From Clostridia bacterium (GTDB lineage Bacteria; Bacillota; Clostridia; Oscillospirales; CAG-272), in NCBI GenBank assembly GCA_017646005.1, contig JAGCNJ010000075.1, positions 1 through 54,382 on the forward strand: a stretch of 54,382 bases of DNA. The letters run 5' to 3'. The notes under the pieces are model-generated. The model was not told where the DNA came from, did no database searches, and saw only the letters and a program-made list of their open reading frames with translations. A program made the translations under genes and the position numbers. Below are positions 9,146 through 17,007 of this stretch, piece by piece; positions within the stretch are counted from its first letter, which is position 1, and each line of letters starts with the position of its first letter.

Positions 9146-10331
9146 CTGCTCTCGCCTCCTTTATCATTTCAATAAGACGCGGTACTATTTCGTTTACATC
9201 ACCTACGACGGCATAATGTGCCACATCAAATATAGGTGCAGTTTTATCTGTATTTATTGCCACAATGCAATCGGATGACTTCATGCCTGCAGCAAACTGA
9301 ACCGCGCCGGATATGCCAAGACATATCAGAAATTTAGGCTTGACGGTTCTGCCGGAAAGTCCGATCTGATGCTTTGCATCGTATATATTTTCTTCAACAA
9401 GAGGTCTTGTGCAGGCTACAACGCCGCCAAGCAGATCGGCAAGCTCTTTTGCTAAGTCACGTAGTTTCTCGCTCTTTGCGCCTCTGCCAAGTGCCACTAT
9501 TACGTCCGCCTCGGATATATCAATGTCCTTTGGTTTTTCTTTAGACGAAATAACTTCTATGGATGATTCAAGATTTACGCTCTTTACATCCATATTTATA
9601 ATCTCACCTCTTGCATTCTCATCGGGCTTTGGCTCACTGAATACTTTGTACCTGACAGTACAGAATTGAGGTCTTGTATCAGGAGAAATTATTTGTGCCA
9701 TTATGTTTCCGCCAAATGCAGGTCTTATCTGAACAAGGTCGGTATTTTCCTTCATTTCAAGCACTGTGCAATCTGCAGTAAGACCAGTCCTGCATCTTGC
9801 AGCTACTCTCGGAGCAAGCTGTCTTCCAAGATTTGTGGCTCCTACCAGAATTGATGAGGGCTTGACTTTGCTGATAAAATCGCAGAAAGCTGCGGTATAT
9901 GGCTCTATTTTAAAATCTTCAAACGCAGGGTCATCATATACAAAAACCTTGTCCACACCATAATGTAAAAGCTTTTCTGTGCTGTCACCAAGGTTATTAC
10001 CTATCACCAGTGCATAAACAGGGTGACCTGTAACCTTTGCAAGCTCCTGTGCTTTTCCGCACAGCTCGTATGTAACACGATGAATTTTGTTACCGCAATG
10101 GTCAACATACACACATATTCCTCTCCAGAGTGATTTGTCAACAGATTCTTTGACTTCTTCTACATAATCAATAGCGCCCTCACTTTTTTTTACACACAGC
10201 TTACACATCTTGCAAGCGGAGGAAATATCGAGCTTACCGTTGTACGATATTGCACCAAACGGACAGACATTTACAAGCTTTTCCGCCATATTAGAAGTAA
10301 TCTTATCATGATTTATAACTATTCTTCCCAT
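9138..10331 (-). CDS. etfA: electron transfer flavoprotein alpha subunit with an N-terminal ferredoxin-like Cys cluster domain
   Basis: 397 aa. The N-terminal ~60 aa carry VCPFGAI ... [11 protein letters not shown] (4 Cys). The remainder is Etf alpha ([23 protein letters not shown]). SD TAGGAGG. Confidence 0.9.
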   Translation of the reverse strand: MGRIVINHDKITSNMAEKLVNVCPFGAISYNGKLDISSACKMCKLCVKKSEGAIDYVEEVKESVDKSLWRGICVYVDHCGNKIHRVTYELCGKAQELAKVTGHPVYALVIGNNLGDSTEKLLHYGVDKVFVYDDPAFEDFKIEPYTAAFCDFISKVKPSSILVGATNLGRQLAPRVAARCRTGLTADCTVLEMKENTDLVQIRPAFGGNIMAQIISPDTRPQFCTVRYKVFSEPKPDENARGEIINMDVKSVNLESSIEVISSKEKPKDIDISEADVIVALGRGAKSEKLRDLAKELADLLGGVVACTRPLVEENIYDAKHQIGLSGRTVKPKFLICLGISGAVQFAAGMKSSDCIVAINTDKTAPIFDVAHYAVVGDVNEIVPRLIEMIKEARADV

Positions 10332-10343
10332 ACTTATGTCCTC

Positions 10344-11132
10344 CTATATTAACTTACAGTCACGGATCAATCCGTACAACTCATCAGCCTGTTGCTTCGC
10401 ATCACCCTCGACGGTATGCTTCTCATTATTTTTTTCAGGAGGAAATATTCTCTCAACCTGCGTTGCTGAGCCCGAGAGTCCATAATTATCCGGGTTCTGA
10501 TCATCGAAATTTTCAAATGATATAAACTCCACTATATCATCCTTTAACGTCTGCTTAACCTTGTATGAGGGTAATCTTGGCGAATTTATATCTCCGTCTA
10601 CAGAAATAAGGCAGGGCATTTTTACCGACATTCTCACAACCTTATCATCAAGTGACGCAGTTAGATATACCTTGTCACCGGTTATTTCTTCAACAGAAAT
10701 AACGTTTGCAACATTAGGAATGCCTAAAAATTCTGAAACCTCTGCTCCAACCTGTGCAGTATCTCCGTCAGTTGTTTGCTTTCCGCAGATAATAATGTCA
10801 AAATCTCCGCATTTTTTTATTCCTTGAGATATCGTATATGCAGTTGCAAGAACATCGGCACCTGCAAACTTACGGTCAGAAATAACTGTTCCGCCCTTAG
10901 CTCCCATACAAATTGATTCTATAATCACATTTTTCGCCTGCGGTGGTCCCATCGTAATGGTTTTCACCTCACCGTTATATTTTTCTGCCAATGATAATCC
11001 TAACTCAATGCCGTACAAATCATACGGATTCATTTTACTTTGTACCCCATCTCTTTTTAATACACCTGTAACCGGATCCACCTGAACATTACTTGATCCT
11101 GGAACCTGTTTTACACAAACAATAATTTTCAT
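10344..11132 (-). CDS. etfB: electron transfer flavoprotein beta subunit
   Basis: MKIIVCVKQVPGS... is a typical Etf beta N-terminus. The ATG at 11132 has AAAGGAG upstream; the track ORF start at 11171 is probably too long. Confidence 0.9.
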   Translation of the reverse strand: MKIIVCVKQVPGSSNVQVDPVTGVLKRDGVQSKMNPYDLYGIELGLSLAEKYNGEVKTITMGPPQAKNVIIESICMGAKGGTVISDRKFAGADVLATAYTISQGIKKCGDFDIIICGKQTTDGDTAQVGAEVSEFLGIPNVANVISVEEITGDKVYLTASLDDKVVRMSVKMPCLISVDGDINSPRLPSYKVKQTLKDDIVEFISFENFDDQNPDNYGLSGSATQVERIFPPEKNNEKHTVEGDAKQQADELYGLIRDCKLI

Positions 11133-11242
11133 TTTATACTCCTTTTTATTATTTGATATATTTAGTCCCAACCTCGAGTCAAGACTGTACTAACAATTGT
11201 TCGCTTGTTTATGTCTCAGTTTACTTTGTCTTTGCGCCACCA

Positions 11243-12628
11243 TCAGAGTTCGCTATCGCTTTTCTCCTTTTGTTTTATCTCGCGCGAGAGCCTTTGCAAA
11301 AGGATCGCGGCAAGAACTGCGGCAAAGGCGTTTACGCCGGTGAAATTAAACCATATTCCGTCAAGCTCAAAGTGCCACAAGGCGCCTAAAAGCACTACCG
11401 GGAACACGAATGCCACCGAAACCGACATAAGCGTTGCCTGAAGCGGCTTTCCGATCGCGCTGAAATAGCTTTGTGTGGTGACCGCTATCCATCTGAACAG
11501 ATATGCAAAGCAGAAAAGTCTTATCGCGTGTGTGGATATTTCAAGCAGCTTTACGTCCTCTGCCTTGACAAACCAGGACGCTATCGTTCCGGGGATAAAA
11601 AACAGCACCGACGTAGATATAAGTCCGATAAACGCTGTTCCCGTATACGCGCAGTTGGCAATTCTTTTGACTCTGCCGTAATTCTTTGCGCCCCAGTTAT
11701 ATCCGAGCGCAGGCGAAAGCGAATCGGCGATGCCGTAAAGCAGGGGCCAGCACATATCACTTGAATACATCAGCACGGCGTATACTGCGACAGCTGTCTG
11801 ACCACCTCCCTCACCGAGCATCTGCGCGCCAAGCGTCATAAGTGAGATATTCATAAGTATCGACGTAACGCGCCCCGACACGTTATTCAAGAAGATCGGC
11901 GAGCCACACGCCGCAATCTGCTTTATCATCGGGAAATTGAATTTCGGTCTTGTGAATTTCAAAAGCGCCTTTTTTGCCACAAACGGTATCATTGCCGCAA
12001 ACGAGCTGATGCACATAGAAAGCGAGGTCGCAAGTGCCGAGCCGACAACGTCCATCCCGCAGACCAAAAGAAAGAAGCTCAAAAATGCCACTGTCAAAAG
12101 GTTGCAGCCGATATTTATAAACATACTCGTCTTAACAAACCCGCTTATACGAAGATAGTTGTCCATCGCAAAAAATATTGTCGCAAGCGGACTGCAAAGA
12201 GCAACAGTACGCAGATATCTTACCGCAGTGTCAAGTAACAGGTCATCCGCACCCATCATACGCGACAGAGGCTCTGCAGCAAAAAACATTATGCTTCCCA
12301 TAAATACGGACGCCAAAAATATCATTATAACCGAACAGGTAAAGGTGTTGTTCGCTTCATCCCTGTCTCCCCTGCCGAGCGCTATGGATATCGGCGCACT
12401 TGCGCCGACTCCGATAAGATCGGCAAGCGAAAAATTTATCATTACAAGCGGCATCGCAATATTAACGGCGGCAAATGCTCCCTCGCCGAGTATCTGCCCT
12501 ATAAAAACACCCTCTACGATACTGTATATCGACATTGCGAACATACTTATCATACCGGGCATAGCCACAATAAAAAACAATCGCCACGGGTTCATTGCGG
12601 CATACATTTCTTCGGTTTTCATTTTCAT
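11243..12628 (-). CDS. MATE family efflux transporter
   Basis: 461 aa, about 12 TM. N-terminal MATE-type pattern (PGMISMFAMSIYSIVEGVFIGQ ... AAVNIAMP). Confidence 0.9.
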   Translation of the reverse strand: MKMKTEEMYAAMNPWRLFFIVAMPGMISMFAMSIYSIVEGVFIGQILGEGAFAAVNIAMPLVMINFSLADLIGVGASAPISIALGRGDRDEANNTFTCSVIMIFLASVFMGSIMFFAAEPLSRMMGADDLLLDTAVRYLRTVALCSPLATIFFAMDNYLRISGFVKTSMFINIGCNLLTVAFLSFFLLVCGMDVVGSALATSLSMCISSFAAMIPFVAKKALLKFTRPKFNFPMIKQIAACGSPIFLNNVSGRVTSILMNISLMTLGAQMLGEGGGQTAVAVYAVLMYSSDMCWPLLYGIADSLSPALGYNWGAKNYGRVKRIANCAYTGTAFIGLISTSVLFFIPGTIASWFVKAEDVKLLEISTHAIRLFCFAYLFRWIAVTTQSYFSAIGKPLQATLMSVSVAFVFPVVLLGALWHFELDGIWFNFTGVNAFAAVLAAILLQRLSREIKQKEKSDSEL

Positions 12629-12661
12629 AACGTTATATATCCTTATATGTAAAAACGGTGC

Positions 12662-12877
12662 TTAAGCTTTCTTTTTGTAAAAATGCTCAGTGACCTCGCC
12701 GGTCAGCATCTGACATTGCAGTGCAATTATATCCTCACCCTTGCCAAACACCCACACGTTTACTGCGGGCTGTTCATACCAGGCAACACTGTCACGCTCT
12801 CCGTAATGCTTTTCAAAATAGTGTGCAAGTATTTCATTTATCTTTTCTTTTTTAAGTATCTCTGCCACAGCCTTCAC
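12662..12877 (-). CDS. small hypothetical protein (68-71 aa)
   Basis: ORF 33 nt upstream of the MATE gene on the same strand. GTG start at 12877, or more likely GTG at 12868 preceded by AGAGGTGAAGG. No recognisable motifs. Confidence 0.45.
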   Translation of the reverse strand: MKAVAEILKKEKINEILAHYFEKHYGERDSVAWYEQPAVNVWVFGKGEDIIALQCQMLTGEVTEHFYKKKA

Positions 12878-12944
12878 CTCTTAAATATTATACACGATAC
12901 GCGTGCTTATGTCAATCTTTTCGGCTTGCGCAAGGGATATGCTC

Positions 12945-12973
12945 TTGACTTTTTTTCGCAAAAGGATTAAAAT
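12945..12973 (+). promoter_or_regulatory. sigma-A-type promoter for the MmcQ/YjbR-like gene
   Basis: TTGACT (12945-12950), 17-nt spacer, TAAAAT (12968-12973). Confidence 0.55.
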
Positions 12974-13006
12974 ACTGTTGTAAACTATTCACATGGGAGA
13001 GATCAA

Positions 13007-13378
13007 GTGAACAGAAAAGATTTTGAAGCATTCGTCACACGCACGTACAACGTGCCTGCCGAGCATCCGTTTTCCGGCGACAGCATCACCACAGTATTCC
13101 GTCACATCGACAACAAAAAATGGTTTGCCATCGTTATGACGATAGACAAAAGCAAGCTGATGCCTGACAAAAGCGGAAAGATTGACGTAGTCAATATCAA
13201 ATGCGCGCCTGAAATAATCGACACCTTTTGGGAGGAAGACGGTATTTTCCCCGCATATCATATGAACAAGACCCATTGGCTGACGCTTTCGCTTGACGGT
13301 AGCGTGGATAATGAAACTATAAAATCCTTACTTGCGATGAGCCACAGGCTCACGTCTGCAAAAGCAAAGAAAAAGTAA
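13007..13378 (+). CDS. MmcQ/YjbR family protein
   Basis: 123 aa, GTG start with GGGAGAG SD. Pattern EHPFSGD..TVFRH..NKKWFAIV ... KTHWLTLSLDG matches my recollection of the YjbR/MmcQ fold family. Confidence 0.75.
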   Translation: MNRKDFEAFVTRTYNVPAEHPFSGDSITTVFRHIDNKKWFAIVMTIDKSKLMPDKSGKIDVVNIKCAPEIIDTFWEEDGIFPAYHMNKTHWLTLSLDGSVDNETIKSLLAMSHRLTSAKAKKK

Positions 13379-13380
13379 AA

Positions 13381-13400
13381 AAGTCCTTTGGATTGGACTT
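13381..13400. terminator. short bidirectional stem-loop between convergent genes
   Basis: AAGTCC-TTTGGATT-GGACTT with an A-run upstream and TTGTTTTT downstream. The stem is only 6 bp plus A:T extensions. Confidence 0.45.
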
Positions 13401-13406
13401 TTGTTT

Positions 13407-14276
13407 TTATATTTCAGGATAACTCGGATAGTTGAAGCCTCCGAGCTTTTCAAAATCCTTCATTCCCTCAAGTGAGCTTGCCGTTACCTTGCTTTCTATC
13501 TGTGCAAAATTAAGCGCAGGGAGCGTTGCGCATACAAACGGCGCACCATTTACAAGCGCGTTCAACACCGCTTCATGACCGCTTATAATAAAGTTATAGT
13601 TGCGTGCGCATACAACCTCGACGCTCGCTTTCGAGCTCTCCGATTGCATCATACCGATGCTGTCCTTGTCTGCTGTAGGATATAGCGACTTAGGAGAAAA
13701 ATACATCTTTCTGTCATATTTTTCGGGGCAAGCGCAGAATTTTTCATATTCATCGTAGATAAGCTTGCAAATATTATCGGGGGTTTCGTAAGAAGTATCT
13801 ACCACAAGATCATAGTTTGCATAGCTTAAATTATCGGTACCGTATATCTGCTTGAAGCGCTCGTTTTCAACAAGGCTTCTGAGTATAAGCTTTTCTCTCG
13901 CATCATCAACGCTTACGTAGGTTTCCTCGGCACCTCTCGGATCCTTCATAACACGCAGTGCCGCTATCTGTGGGTCTATGGTAAAGAAGACCTTGAAGGT
14001 ATTCTTTGCAAAGTACCATGCCATTCTCGAATCAAAAAGCAGTCTGTCCTCCGCCCTGTCGACCGAGATACGTGTTACCTCGTCGTCGATCATATGATCA
14101 TACTTGGTGTCCTTCGACATCATCTGATTCATTTCAAGCGTACTCACGCCAAACTGTCTTGCAAGCTCGCGCTGAATCTTTCCTGTTGAATATATTTCAA
14201 ATCCGTGTTTTTCGTTAAGCAAGCGGGCAACGGTAGATTTTCCGCTTCCGAGCTTGCCTGCCATTGTGATATGCAT
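13407..14276 (-). CDS. P-loop nucleoside/nucleotide kinase-like protein (cytidylate-kinase-like family) with an extra ~100-aa C-terminal domain
   Basis: Preferred start MHITMAGKLGSGKST (ATG 14276, SD GGAGA); the track ORF starts at 14321. Walker A GKLGSGKST. The C-terminal part (FSPKSLYPTAD ... NFIISGHEAVLNAL) is a separate domain. Confidence 0.75.
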   Translation of the reverse strand: MHITMAGKLGSGKSTVARLLNEKHGFEIYSTGKIQRELARQFGVSTLEMNQMMSKDTKYDHMIDDEVTRISVDRAEDRLLFDSRMAWYFAKNTFKVFFTIDPQIAALRVMKDPRGAEETYVSVDDAREKLILRSLVENERFKQIYGTDNLSYANYDLVVDTSYETPDNICKLIYDEYEKFCACPEKYDRKMYFSPKSLYPTADKDSIGMMQSESSKASVEVVCARNYNFIISGHEAVLNALVNGAPFVCATLPALNFAQIESKVTASSLEGMKDFEKLGGFNYPSYPEI

Positions 14277-14371
14277 TGTCTTTCTCCTGCTATGGTTATG
14301 TATGTAAGAATTATACCACAATTATCTTGCCCTTTCAAGAGGGTAAAAGGAATTTATTTACTTAGTTTTGC

Positions 14372-14399
14372 TTGATTTTACCAAAAAATATGGTATACT
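14372..14399 (+). promoter_or_regulatory. candidate promoter for bcp
   Basis: TTGATT (14372-14377), 16-nt spacer, TGGTATACT extended -10 (TATACT 14394-14399). Confidence 0.5.
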
Positions 14400-14435
14400 A
14401 TTATAAAAAGGCGAATTATTGAAAGGAAGATCGTT

Positions 14436-14885
14436 ATGGAAACAGGAATGAAAGCACCGGACTTTACCCTTGAAGATAAATTTGGGAACAAGGTATCCCT
14501 GTCTGATTTTCGGGGCAAAAAAGTCGTATTATACTTCTACCCGAAGGACAACACCCCGGGATGCACAAGGCAGGCTTGCGCGTATGCGGGCATCTATAAA
14601 GAATTTGAAGAAAAGGGTGTTGTTGTAATCGGAATCAGCCGTGACAGCGTGGCATCACACGAACGTTTTGCCGAAAAATACTCTCTTCCCTTCATTTTGC
14701 TTTCCGACCCCGGTCTTGAAGCCATAAAAGCATACGACGTATGGCAGGAAAAGAAGCTTTACGGCAAAGTAAGCTTTGGTATCGTGCGTACCACGTTTAT
14801 CATAAGCGAAGACGGCTATATTGAGGCAGTCAAAAGCAAGGTAAAGCCGGACACCGACGCCGAGGAAATACTCGCAACAATTTAA
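14436..14885 (+). CDS. bcp: thioredoxin-dependent thiol peroxidase (peroxiredoxin Bcp)
   Basis: 149 aa. KAPDFTL..., KVVLYFYPKDNTPGCTRQAC active-site motif. Confidence 0.9.
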   Translation: METGMKAPDFTLEDKFGNKVSLSDFRGKKVVLYFYPKDNTPGCTRQACAYAGIYKEFEEKGVVVIGISRDSVASHERFAEKYSLPFILLSDPGLEAIKAYDVWQEKKLYGKVSFGIVRTTFIISEDGYIEAVKSKVKPDTDAEEILATI

Positions 14886-14903
14886 CACGGCAAGCATAAA
14901 AAA

Positions 14904-14927
14904 ACGCAACTGCAGATGCAGTTGCGT
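14904..14927. terminator. bidirectional intrinsic terminator between bcp (+) and the ABC operon (-)
   Basis: ACGCAACTGCA / TGCAGTTGCGT stem, AAAAAAA upstream and TTTTTTGTTTG downstream. Confidence 0.8.
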
Positions 14928-14940
14928 TTTTTGTTTGTGT

Positions 14941-15990
14941 TTATCCGACGATACCCGAACGCTCGATACCCTGGATAAGATATCTCTGGCAGAAGAGGTA
15001 TACTACAACCAACGGAGCTATGATAAGAAGACCGCAGGTATTTCTGATCGCCGATTCATAAAGCTCTTGTCCTGCGTATACCGTATCAATACCCTTGGGG
15101 ATCTTAACGATACTCGGCAGAAGCTTGATGCCTGTACCGGTGAAGAATACTGTCGAATAGAAGTTATCTGTCCACTGCCACGAGAATGAGAAGAGGAAGA
15201 TCGTAATCATCATCGGGATCGACAGAGGAAGGATGATCTGAATAAAGGTTCTGAACACACCGCTTCCGTCGATGTAAGCGGACTCTTCAAGCTCATCCGG
15301 AACGCCGCGGAAGAACTGACGCATCATAAAGATGTAAAGACCGTTCTTGAACGCGAGACCGCCGAACGAGAGAAGGGCAAGCGGCCAGTAGGAGTTAAGA
15401 AGGTTGATTGACGAGAAGTTAAGAATCTTAAAGCCTTCGAATACTCCTCCGCCTAAGAAGTTAAACAATCCAAGAATATCAAAATACTTGAAGTGCATAA
15501 ACATTGAAAGCTGAAGTGTCTTATGCGGTACAACCATTGTTAAGATAACAAGCGCAAATATAAGCTTGGAGCCCTTGAACTTGAACTTAGCAAGACCGTA
15601 ACCGATTACACAGCAGATAAAGGTCTGCACAACACCGCAAAGTACGGAAAGGGTCAACGTATTGAACAACGCCGACATATATCCGTTCTGTGAAATTATC
15701 TGTGCGTAGGTATCAAGCGTCGGATACTTAGGAATAAGCTTTACCGTAACGTCTACAAAGTCTGATTTGCTCATAAACGATCCGGATATCTTGGAGAAGA
15801 ACGGATAAAGTATTACATACGCGATACCTATAAGCAACACGAATCTGAATACTGTCCATACCACATCTGTAAGGAAATTAAGCGTAAAATACTTTGCCTT
15901 GATTCTTTCGAGCAGGGGAGTTCTTTCGAATTCAACTCTGATCTTATTTTTTGTTTCTTTTGTCACCTTAGGTGCCTGTTGAGCATTCAT
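14941..15990 (-). CDS. carbohydrate ABC transporter permease (MalG/CUT1 type), second pair
   Basis: 349 aa, 6 TM. EAA-loop region EESAYIDGSGVFRTFIQIILPLS. SD AAAGGAGGGGAG. Confidence 0.9.
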   Translation of the reverse strand: MNAQQAPKVTKETKNKIRVEFERTPLLERIKAKYFTLNFLTDVVWTVFRFVLLIGIAYVILYPFFSKISGSFMSKSDFVDVTVKLIPKYPTLDTYAQIISQNGYMSALFNTLTLSVLCGVVQTFICCVIGYGLAKFKFKGSKLIFALVILTMVVPHKTLQLSMFMHFKYFDILGLFNFLGGGVFEGFKILNFSSINLLNSYWPLALLSFGGLAFKNGLYIFMMRQFFRGVPDELEESAYIDGSGVFRTFIQIILPLSIPMMITIFLFSFSWQWTDNFYSTVFFTGTGIKLLPSIVKIPKGIDTVYAGQELYESAIRNTCGLLIIAPLVVVYLFCQRYLIQGIERSGIVG

Positions 15991-16005
15991 CTTTTCTCCC
16001 CTCCT

Positions 16006-16989
16006 TTAATCACGTTTCTGATAGAACACGAACGCACCAAGTATACCCGATACCGCAGCGATTATAAGCAATACGAGCAAGAAGTATACCCAGGACATCG
16101 CGCCTGAAAGAACGTCGTTTTGTGTATATACGTTCTGAATATAACGCATAACGCTGTTAGATTCAGATGTAAACGAGTCGATTACCGTATACACGGTATT
16201 TACAAGTATCATCGGGCTTACCATAGGAAGCGTTATCTTCCAGAAGGTTTCCCATGCGGTTGCTCCGTCTATTTCGCAGGATTCATATATAGCCGGCGAA
16301 ATGGACTGAAGTCCGGCAAGGAATATAAGCATCTGTACGCCCGAACGGTTGATGATGTTATAAATGTTATTGATAAGATTTATAACGTAATCAACAAGCT
16401 CTGTACCCACCTTCATATTTGCGAAGAGGTTTTCGAAGTCTACCGCCGAAATAATCTGCGTTACACCGCCTGTTGAAGCACCCGTTTCAAATGAAGCGTC
16501 GCTGTTCATGTAGTTCATGAACGTGTTGTTCTGTGTATCAATACTTTCTACGATACCGGTTGAAAGAATAACCGGGATGAAGAAGATCGCACGGAATGCG
16601 GCACGTCCAACCATTTTCTGGTTAAGCAAAACTGCCATGAACAGTGAGAAAATTACGATTGCGGGTATATCGAAGATAAGCTGCTGAATACCCGAGCTGA
16701 GAGTCTGAACGAAGTTCGGGTCCTCGAAGAATGCCTCCTGATAATTCTGGAGTCCGACAAATTCGAGGTAATATCCGCCGCCGGGGATTATCTTGATCAC
16801 GTTGAAGCTATAGTTGATAGAATCAAATATGATCGGAAGATAAATGATCAAAAAGCTGATAATGAACGGAAGAACGAATATGTAACCTGCACGTGCCTTT
16901 CGTTTGTCAAGAGATGCACCGCGGCTTTTCTTTTTTCCGATGTTTTTCTTATTGTAAATATCATCATAAAGATTTGCCTGTTTATTCAC
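16006..16989 (-). CDS. sugar ABC transporter permease (MalF/CUT1 type), second pair, with a divergent hydrophilic loop
   Basis: 327 aa, GTG start with AAAGGAG 10 nt upstream. EAA region YESCEIDGATAWETFWKITLP. An unusual ~70-aa loop spans aa ~146-217 (STGIVESIDTQNN...NIINRSG). Confidence 0.9.
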   Translation of the reverse strand: MNKQANLYDDIYNKKNIGKKKSRGASLDKRKARAGYIFVLPFIISFLIIYLPIIFDSINYSFNVIKIIPGGGYYLEFVGLQNYQEAFFEDPNFVQTLSSGIQQLIFDIPAIVIFSLFMAVLLNQKMVGRAAFRAIFFIPVILSTGIVESIDTQNNTFMNYMNSDASFETGASTGGVTQIISAVDFENLFANMKVGTELVDYVINLINNIYNIINRSGVQMLIFLAGLQSISPAIYESCEIDGATAWETFWKITLPMVSPMILVNTVYTVIDSFTSESNSVMRYIQNVYTQNDVLSGAMSWVYFLLVLLIIAAVSGILGAFVFYQKRD

Positions 16990-17007
16990 TTTAATACATC
17001 TCCTTTC

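Noticed and set aside
11133-11242. AACAATTGTT palindrome and a weak TTGACT promoter-like element upstream of etfB, considered as a GntR-type (LctA-like) operator.
   Set aside because: The palindrome is only 10 bp in AT-rich DNA, the -10 element is poor, and no regulator gene is present. There is too little evidence to call it.
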